From contig NW_021824290.1 of NCBI RefSeq assembly GCF_006345805.1, positions 1-21,030 of the forward strand: a stretch of 21,030 nt of DNA, in the 5' to 3' direction. The notes below the pieces were generated by a model. That model did no database searches. It was not told where the DNA came from and saw nothing but the letters and a program-made list of their open reading frames with translations. This DNA comes from Octopus sinensis (Eukaryota). The translations under genes and the position numbers were made by a program. The number at the start of each line of letters is the position of its first letter. The first letter of the stretch is position 1. Of this stretch, positions 11,410 to 19,505 are shown piece by piece.

Positions 11410-11612
11410 AATCCAAACATGAACAAGCAGAAAAAACAATAACGCGAGGCCGTGGAATAAGTACAGTGTTATTGGACGCGCGAAAGGAAAGAAAAGAAAG
11501 ACGATTTAACGTTTCGAGCGGAGCTCTTCGTCAGAAATGTAGAAAAAGTCCAAAGAAGGGAAGGCGGAGAAAGAAAATCGCCAACGATACACACGCGCTC
11601 ACATATTGAAAT
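11410..11612 (-). mobile_element. Penelope-like element terminal fragment (family A, copy 2)
   Basis: Homologous to 3322-3530; carries a complete hammerhead motif. Confidence 0.65.
11504..11538 (-). ncRNA. Minimal type I hammerhead ribozyme motif, complete core
   Basis: Minus strand ATTT CTGACGA A GAGC-TCC-GCTC GAAA CGT T AAAT: stem I ATTT/AAAT, stem II 4 bp, palindromic ACGT stem III, GUU triplet. Confidence 0.7.
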
Positions 11613-11637
11613 GTACATATATATATATATATATATG

Positions 11638-11724
<87 letters not shown>

Positions 11725-12144
11725 TGTATGTGTGTGTGTCACATATATGTGTATTATATATATATATATATATATATGAATATACACACACGCACATACA
11801 CACACACATACATACACACATACATAAACATGCACACACGTAAATGCATGTAGTCGTATATACATGTATGTATATTGTAAGCAAGCTTAGAAGCTCCGAG
11901 AGGGTTCGTATTCTTCGGAAAATAAAGGAGTTCTCAAACGCAGCTAGAGGAACAACCAAAGGTCATAGAAAAACTGTCTGCATTTTTTTCGTCTTCTAAG
12001 GGTACTTGTCCGATTCTCTTAGCTGCTTTCATAGCCCTTCTTCGTTCGAGAAATCTTTTATTTTCAATAAAAGGCGCGCCGCGCGTGCATTTGTGTGTGT
12101 GTGAGTGCGTGCGTGCATGCCCGCGCGCTTATGCGTATCTTCTA

Positions 12145-12214
<70 letters not shown>

Positions 12215-12217
<3 letters not shown>

Positions 12218-12275
12218 GCAAGCGTGGCTCTGTGGTAAGAAGCTTGCTTCCACGCCACATAGTTCTGGGTTCACA
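12215..12275 (+). mobile_element. SINE family 1, head only
   Basis: gacgcaagcgtggctctgtggtaagaagcttgcttccacgccacatagttctgggttca, directly after (TA)n. Confidence 0.8.
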
Positions 12276-12397
12276 CTTACTAAATATAGACGCACATAGA
12301 GATATACGCATGCGCAAATGAAGACACATACAATAGTAATACAAAATGGCTGACGGTTAGTAAGGAGAGACACACAAATAAGACAGAAGAAGGCAAA

Positions 12398-12442
12398 GGA
12401 CCACTGATGCGGTCACAGGAGTGTGACGAAAGAACTCTGGCC
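12398..12442 (+). ncRNA. Degenerate minimal hammerhead motif (different family)
   Basis: CCA CTGATGC G GTCACA-GGAG-TGTGAC GAAA G-AA-CT C TGG: stem I CCA/TGG, perfect 6-bp stem II, CUC triplet; core A9 replaced by C. Confidence 0.5.
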
Positions 12443-12448
12443 GAAATA

Positions 12449-12776
12449 AGACTTATTCTTTGTAAGCCCAGTACTTATTCTATCGGTCTCTTTTGCCGAA
12501 CCGCTAAGTGACGGAGACATAAACACACCCGCATCGGTTGTCAAGCAATGCTAGGGGGACAAACAGACACACAAACACACACGCACACACACACACACAC
12601 ATATATACATATATACGACGGGCTTCTTTCAGTTTCTGTCTACCAAATCCACTCACAAGGCTTTGGTCGGCCCGAGACTATAGTAGAAGACACTTGTCCA
12701 AGGTGCCACGCAGTGGGACTGAACCCGGAACCATGTGGTTGGTAAGCAAGCTACTTACCACACAGCCACTCGTGCG

Positions 12777-12778
<2 letters not shown>
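12449..12778 (-). mobile_element. SINE family 1, well conserved, 3' tail missing
   Basis: Continuous match from gacttattctttgtaagc to cttaccacacagccactcgtgcgcc; B box gggttcagtccc on the minus strand. Confidence 0.92.
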
Positions 12779-12809
<31 letters not shown>

Positions 12810-12810
12810 A

Positions 12811-13815
12811 CAAGGTGCATTCTTGAAGTTATAGCTCTTCTAGATTATTGTACCTTCTGTTATTCAGGGATACAGTTATAACACCATCTTCAATACCCAC
12901 AACTAAACACTGTTTAGTTAGCAGAATGCTGTCGGGACGTTTGGAAGCTCGCTATGCTTCCAAACGTCATAAACGGGCATAAACGGTACAAAAACTGATG
13001 AAATACTCCGGACTACTTATGGGTAGACGTTTTCGTTGACGCAAGTGGTTCAGTGATATAAGAAAGGTGAGAAGCGATGTGAGGTGTGGGAGCGAGAGGG
13101 ATGTCGATTATATGAACATCGTGCGAAAATAATTGTTCGAAAACAATTATTCGAAAAACATTTATTCGAAAAACATTTGTTCGAATGGGAAATTGTATGA
13201 ATGAAAGTTATTCAAAGGGACAATTATACGAAATGTTAATTACTCTAAATTTTTTATTTCATTTAAGCAAAAATGATAAAATTAAAAATCAAATACACAA
13301 ATGATATTTTTTTTTGAAAAAAAAATGTTTTTCGAATAATTGTTTTCGAATTATTGCTTTCGAACAAATGTTTTCGAACAATTTTCATGATACGGGAATG
13401 TCGGAACACCAGAGCTGGTTGAGAAACTTTGCAATGTTCTCAGTGAGGACCGTCGTGCGTCTACATTGACAATAAACATAAAGTTAGGAGTTTGTGTAAC
13501 AACTTTACGCAGAACTATTCATGAGGATTTGAGCATGCGCAACATTTATGCAAATTTTGTTCCCAAAATACTCAGTACTGAGCATCCTCGTAACCAACAG
13601 AAAAGGACTTCAGTACTTCGAAAACCCTCCTTACAGTCCATACCTTGCTCCCAATGACCTTTGGTTTTTTCCTCTAGCTGAAGGACCTCAGGGGCGTTCG
13701 TTTTGAAAATTAACGTTGCTGTGACAAAGGTTCTGGTCACTTTGGAGCTCTTCCGTAATGCTTTCACGAAGTGGTTGGAACACCAAAACAAGTGCAAAAC
13801 CAGCGACAAAGAATT
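12811..13815 (+). mobile_element. Decayed, internally deleted mariner interrupted by a foldback insert
   Basis: Starts TA-CAAGGTGCATTC. Remnant frames RKWFSD, VGTPELVEKLCNVLSEDRR...HEDLSMRNIYANFVPKILSTEH, then NPPYSPYLAPNDLWFF (13623 on) and FRNAFTKWLEHQNKC. No right TIR seen. Confidence 0.85.
13107..13394. mobile_element. MITE-like foldback with inverted subterminal arrays of 14-15-bp TTCGAA repeats
   Basis: Four TTCGAA-cored units at 13131-13185 and four inverted units at 13326-13383 around an AT-rich core. Flanked by gggatgtcg (13098-13106) and ggaatgtcg (13395-13403); removing it rejoins the mariner sequence. Confidence 0.75.
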
Positions 13816-13835
13816 TTCCTTCATACCCTATACAC

Positions 13836-14213
13836 TTTACTTTTTTCAGTCATTGGATTGTGGCCATGCTGGAGCACCGCCTTTAGTCGAGGAAATCGAC
13901 CCCAGGACTTATTCTTTGTAAGCCTAGTACTTATTTATCGGTCATTTTTGCCGAACCGCTAAGGTACAGGGACGTAAACACACCAGCATCGGTTGTCAAG
14001 CGATGTTGGGGGGACAAACACAGACACACAAACAGAAATATACACACACACATACATATATATACATATATACGACGGGGTTCTTTCAGTTTCCGTCTAC
14101 CAAATCCACTCACAAGGATTTGGTCGGCTAGAGGTTCTAGTAGAAGACACTTGCAAAAAGTGCCACGCAGTGAGACTGAACTCGGAACCATGTGGTTCGT
14201 AAGAAAGCTACTT
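13836..14213 (-). mobile_element. SINE family 1 body and tail (head split off by the 2-kb insertion)
   Basis: Continuous SINE match ending tgtggttcgtaagaaagctactt; the remainder resumes at 16219. Confidence 0.92.
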
Positions 14214-14538
14214 TATTTCAACAATTTTGCCACTAGGGCAGCACACAGAGTAGCTACGGGCTGGACAAAGACATTAATGGATGATGGTGGTGGTGGATGA
14301 AGATGGTGATGGGAGAAGTCAAAAAGCGCCCGCCGACTCTTGCTTCTCTAAAACAATGTTCTTTTTTTTTTTCCAATAATTTTACAAAATTTCCAAAATT
14401 TTACAAAAATTCAAGTTTCAAAAAAAATTCCAAATTTTACAATTTACAATTTCAAAAGTTTTTCCAGAGGCAGTAAACCTCTATCGCAATATAACCCAAA
14501 TACAGGTTCACGTTACCTGACCGATGAACGCTCTTGCT

Positions 14539-15691
14539 TTAATGACGCAATCGTTCTTCGTCAGGCCCCCGCATAACTTGCAAGAGATCCTCCGGGAAAG
14601 AATTCTCGATCCTGCACATATCATTTTCGAGTAGGACCTCCGCAGCCAGCTGCGAAGGCCACTCGGGATACTCCATGCAGGACCGAAGTCCCTCCCATTG
14701 GTTTCTCTTCCTCATCTTACCTATTTCATTCTCTAGTGTACCTCCTTTGTGGAAGAGGACCACATAATATTTCTCCGGCCCCACAACCGCCGGAGGACAC
14801 ATGGGAGACGCCGTCTGCGTGTTACAATCCGCTGGCGGCGTCCCGTTTCTTTTCTTCTTTTTTTCTTTTTACCCTGGGCCACGGGAGGTTGAGGTTCCGG
14901 CGTTGCACACGCCGGGTCCACTCTTTCTCCCGTAGCTTCCGGGTCTTTTAGTGGGTCACCATTGTTTCCCACTTTTCGTTTTCTTGTTGAGGAAGCCACC
15001 GCTTCCTCGTTCTGTTTCTCTCCCTCCATTGGTGGGGCAGGGAGAGGCTCTGATATTAACTTCTCCAGGATCCTACTCTGGTCCCTGGGGCAGTTCTTCT
15101 TAATGTGGCCGGTCTCCAAACACAGGTGACACTTGGGGGGGGGCGTCCCTCAAGCATCACCGGATACTTGGACCCGGCCATCCTCAAAAAGTCCGGCAAA
15201 ACCAGACTCTTGGCTGACTGGGTCCATAGAGTCAAAGTAGCCTTTGACCCTCCCAATCAGCCGCAGGCTGCATTCTTACGTTCAGGATCTTGGCGCTACC
15301 ACCACTCAGACCCGGCGGATAGAATCTTCCACCCACTCGGGCTCAAAGCCGGGTGGCAGGCCGCAGCAGACCATAATCTTATTAATTTTTCTCCCTTGTA
15401 GCTTGGGAGAAACAAAATCTCTTCGCCCTCAATGGGCTTGCTTGCGAAATTGCAAGCTGCTTTAGGGGAGTCAAACAGCAACCAAATCGTTGCGTATTTG
15501 GCTCCCCGTTGAATGTATTTAACGGCTGGCATATAGTCTGCCAGCTCGTTCATAATAGTGGCTTTCGGAAAAACCATTATGGTGTTGAGTGACTTTGAAT
15601 AAGTCCTCAACACCACGGTTTTGTCCTCCAGCTCCTTCAGGTAACCCTTCGGAGATGTTAACTCTCATATGGTTAACTCCTTTTTTGCCAT
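14539..15691 (-). pseudogene. L1/Tx1-type ORF1 (gag-like) protein: RRM-like region and CCHC zinc knuckle, about 380 codons, 1 stop and about 5 frameshifts
   Basis: Joined frames: MAKKELTI*ELTSPKGYLKELEDKTVVLRTYSK...ATIWLLFDSPKAACNFASKPIEGEEILFLPSYKG/RKINKIMVCCGLPPGFEPEWV.../LPDFLRMAGSKYPVMLEGRPP/KCHLCLETGHIKKNCP (CX2CX4HX4C) .../YYVVLFHKGG...GPDEERLRH*. Confidence 0.78.
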
Positions 15692-15832
15692 AACAAAAGT
15701 CCAATAAGAAAAAAAACACAATGACAGAACAGAAAGACAGAACAGAGAAAAGGACGAAGGAAGACAGTTCAAATAATGGCAACACAGTTCTGCAACTGGT
15801 AATCCTCACGAAACAGGGTACTCCTAGTTGCA

Positions 15833-15921
15833 GCACACTTGGTTCTCCGTGGTAAATCCAAGCACAATTGGTTCTCCGTGGTAAATCCAAGCACAATTGG
15901 TTCTCCGTGGTAAATCCAAGC
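15833..15921. repeat. 29-bp tandem repeat x3 in the element's 5' UTR
   Basis: gcaca(c/a)ttggttctccgtggtaaatccaa at 15833, 15862 and 15891; one mismatch in total. Confidence 0.97.
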
Positions 15922-16218
15922 GAACAAATTAATTTTTGAGGAGGGGCTATGCCTCTCAAAACACAATTCTCACTAAAAGGTGAGACAATAAATATGCCAA
16001 CAGGCAGAACAAATACATCCGAAGCAAAGTGAAGCTTATTACGCGCAGAAAAGTGTTAACACTAATTAACATTAATGCCAAAAAAGTATTAACGGCAAGC
16101 AATAAACCTCACTATGCTTCCAAAAATATCCAAAATGTCCTACCTGTTGCCGTAAAATGTTCAATAATTCACGTTAACACGTGACATTTGCCGGAGCAAA
16201 AAACAGCACGTCTGTCTG

Positions 16219-16256
16219 GTAAGAAGCTACTTACCACACAGCCACTCCTACGCCTA
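16219..16256 (-). mobile_element. SINE family 1, 5' end of the head (continuation of 13836-14213)
   Basis: gtaagaagctacttaccacacagccactcctacgccta is the missing start of the SINE (compare 12742-12780). Confidence 0.9.
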
Positions 16257-16669
16257 TGCTAGAATTTGGAAAAAATCTTAACTTTTTCTTTTATTTTTAC
16301 TTATTCTTTAAAACGCTTCATCAATATAACTCAGTGTTACTGAACTTTCAATCACATACGACTGTTATGAAATTCATCGAACATTTGAAATTGTATTAAT
16401 GAATATTTTTGTAAAACTTATTGAATATTGAAATTGTGTGAATATTCGATTTTTTTTTTAAACATGTTTTTCTGAAATTCCTGTTGTTTTTCAGTCTCTT
16501 TTAAGCATTTTTTATTTACCCTCAAAAAACTAAAATTTGTAGAAACAGGTTTGGTATTTTAATAAATTTGTTATAAAACATAAAAATACAACCCGTTTTG
16601 AGACTCAATCCCCAAAGCCAACTCTATATCTCTATATTCTTTCTTGCGTGAGAATACAGTTTCCCCCCC

Positions 16670-16727
<58 letters not shown>

Positions 16728-16729
<2 letters not shown>

Positions 16730-17215
16730 ACCCAGTTGCGACTAAATCGGCAACCCCACCAAGCTTGCTTGGTGAGGAGGGTGCTTATTGGACACCCTGC
16801 GGGATGAAAAACAAAACCCGCCAAAGGGCGGAAGAACTCTTGAGAGTCAACGGCCATCCAATAAATGTCTTAAGGCTGTATCATGCGCGGGGACATAGAA
16901 ATAATCGGACTGAATACCCGATCGCGCGGTTAAACCATTGGGAGTGAAGGACTCCTAGCCTTTGTTAGGGCATCCTTCTAGGAGAAGGTAACTCAGGTAA
17001 CTGGGATAATTCCGACATAAAACCTGCGGGTCAGTGGTTACCGATGATGTTGACTTGTTCTTCGGATTATGGCTGCTGTTGCTTAGTGAATGGGATTGAC
17101 GCAGTGCACAGCCTTTCCTCACTTAAAAAAAATCTTCTTGCACAGGCATTGCACGATAACAACATTGATTAAGCTTCCAGCAATGGCCATACTCGATAAC
17201 GAGGGGGCAGCCACC
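16728..17215 (+). mobile_element. RTE-like 5' UTR-derived element with several hairpins
   Basis: gcgactaaa at its start and gggcatccttctaggagaaggtaactc (about 16968-16994) resemble RTE-clade 5' UTR motifs; no ORF; bounded by microsatellites. Confidence 0.55.
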
Positions 17216-17412
17216 ATATATATATATATATATATATATAGATCAATAAATGGTGGGGTTGTGTTGACCGCACGTGGAGAAATGATAAGCAAGGAAAAAT
17301 TGTAAAAATGCAAAATGCTAAATTGAAAGAAAATTTTAATGAAATGAGAAATTGATAAAATATATAATATATATTTATTCAAACCGATTTTCGTCACATT
17401 TTCCTTGCCTAT

Positions 17413-17454
<42 letters not shown>

Positions 17455-17561
17455 TATACAACTTACAAAAAAGGGTAAAAGAAAAAAAATTTCTAATGCC
17501 AAATATGCCGAAACTAGACACTCGTCCATCCATATAATTAATCATATACATATATTCACTC

Positions 17562-17633
<72 letters not shown>

Positions 17634-17976
17634 GGTGTGGTATGTACGTAAGTATATACATATATTTGTTGTTGCGTATACGTTCCCTTAAATGTATATA
17701 ACTTTTAATTTATCTAAATGAATTATTATTTTTTACTACTAATTATTTATTCGGGCAATTCAGGCCTTTTTTCCTTCTACGTAAGGTATTTTGATTTAAG
17801 GTTTTCTTCGATTTTTATGATAATATGATTTTAAACCGCAATTGTAATTTCATGCAACCGATTATTGAAGAGACCGTTAGTTGAAAGGACCAATGAAACA
17901 AAACCATTTTCAAATGTGTATCTATCAAAGCAATTGTATATTTATGCACATAACCCTATTTTGTTCCATTCGAAAC

Positions 17977-18022
17977 AAAACTGTCTGACGAACAGGAACG
18001 TGAAACTCCGAGTAACAGTTTT
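17977..18022 (+). ncRNA. Type I hammerhead ribozyme motif, complete core
   Basis: AAAACTGT CTGACGA AC-AGGAAC-GT GAAA CTC-C-GAGT A ACAGTTTT: perfect 8-bp stem I, ACTC/GAGT stem III, GUA triplet at 18012-18014; AATAAA at 18045-18050. Confidence 0.75.
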
Positions 18023-18327
18023 TGGGATATTTTTGCTGCTTTCTAATAAAGTATATATATATATATATTTCTGCAATATCGAGGAATATATTGTCATGAA
18101 ACGCGCGTAGTCTATATAATGTAATGTATATGATTTAGAATAAAAATTGCAGGTATTAATTTTGATAATATTTAATATTCAATCCTAATATCCAATCCTA
18201 ATATTCAATAGGTACATACCTATCGTGGATAATGTCGTTCAATATTTCCGTCTCTTATATATATATATACATATATATATATTTGTATGTCTGTATGTCA
18301 GTGTTATATGTACGTATATATTTTACG

Positions 18328-18407
<80 letters not shown>

Positions 18408-18432
18408 CATATATATATATATATATATATAT

Positions 18433-18521
<89 letters not shown>
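18328..18521. repeat. (TCTA)20-(AT)n-(TAGA)22 palindromic microsatellite
   Basis: Complementary tetranucleotide arms flank a central (AT)12. Confidence 0.95.
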
Positions 18522-18523
<2 letters not shown>

Positions 18524-18668
18524 TATTACGTGTGCGTGTATGCACAGTGGTGTGCATGTCTGTATATGCTAGCGTGTTGTGTATATATTTGTGTGGAAAT
18601 GTGTTTTTGTATAGATGAGCATATGCGTGTCGTGTATTTACCATTCTCCTTCAACTTTTCTATTCTGT

Positions 18669-18703
<35 letters not shown>

Positions 18704-19327
18704 ACTCTCTCTCTCTCTCTCTTCCTCTCTCTCTCTTCATCTGGATTAGCAATACACATGTTGATGATTGTGCATTGCTTATAGAGTTTAATGGTTGTCG
18801 GCTTGTCTTCACATAAATCAACCAAGATTTACCAACTTGTATAATCAATTGTGTGAAATCAGCTGTTTAAATGTACACTTACACAGTCTGAGCGACACTC
18901 TAACAGGAACTCATTAACAATAAGTCCCATTAAATAAAATTATATTGGATAGGGGTCAGATTTAGTGCGATATTTCTAGAGTTTTTGTACTTACTGGAGC
19001 TTAGTAAGAACGCTAAATTTTAAACCTGCCTTACTGTCAAAGTGACAATCAGTATGCTTTCAGAAAGGCAAGTTATTATTTGCATGGTAAAGTTATAAAA
19101 AAGAATCAAAGTATAAAATTTGTTTTAGGGAGAGAGAGGGTTTATTTTCTTAATCAAACATACTTATTAATTAAGAAAATAGTGATTTATAAAGTGTGTT
19201 TTTTTTAATTAAAGTCTGAAAAATGTAACGGCGTTTTTAAAACTTAAATTTAAATGATAATTGCTTAAAATTATTAAGTGTCTAGTGTATATATGGATTT
19301 CTAGTACTATGAATTTTCATTAAAGAA

Positions 19328-19505
19328 GCCGGTGAGCTGGAAGAATGGTTAGCGACAGTTCTTCCGGCGCTTTATATTCTGAGCTGAAACGTCACCGGAA
19401 TCGACTTTGTCTTTCATCCTTTCGAAGTCAGTAAAATAAGTAGCAGCCGAGCACTGGGATCGATGTAATTGACTTGCTCCATCCACCAAAATTTCTGATA
19501 TTATA
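19328..19505 (+). mobile_element. SINE family 3, diverged monomer
   Basis: ggtgagctggaagaatggttagc...tcgactttgtctttcatcctttcg...aaataagtagcag...cactgggatcgatgtaattgac, homologous to the units at 20631 onward. Confidence 0.8.

Larger units (their letters stand above)
14214..16218 (-). mobile_element. ORF1-only non-LTR retroelement (L1/Tx1-type, half-L1-like), about 2.0 kb, with TSD
   Basis: Flanked by gtaagaaagctactt (14199-14213) and gtaagaagctactt (16219-16232). About 0.53-kb 5' UTR, ORF1 remnant 15691-14539, about 0.33-kb T-rich 3' UTR ending ...GGCAAAATTGTTGAAATAAA at the TSD. No endonuclease or RT sequence. Confidence 0.8.

Noticed and set aside
11920-12065. Open minus-strand frame FLERRRAMKAAKRIGQVPLEDEKNADSFSM as a host exon
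   Set aside because: About 45 codons, no polypyrimidine tract, no recognisable homology.
15833-15921. 29-bp repeat as a CRISPR array
   Set aside because: Units are contiguous with no spacers, there are no cas genes, and the context is a eukaryotic retroelement UTR.
17375-17525. Half hammerhead-like strings (tgtgacgaaa on minus; atatgccgaaactag on plus)
   Set aside because: No CUGANGA partner or stem I; interrupted by (TA)n.
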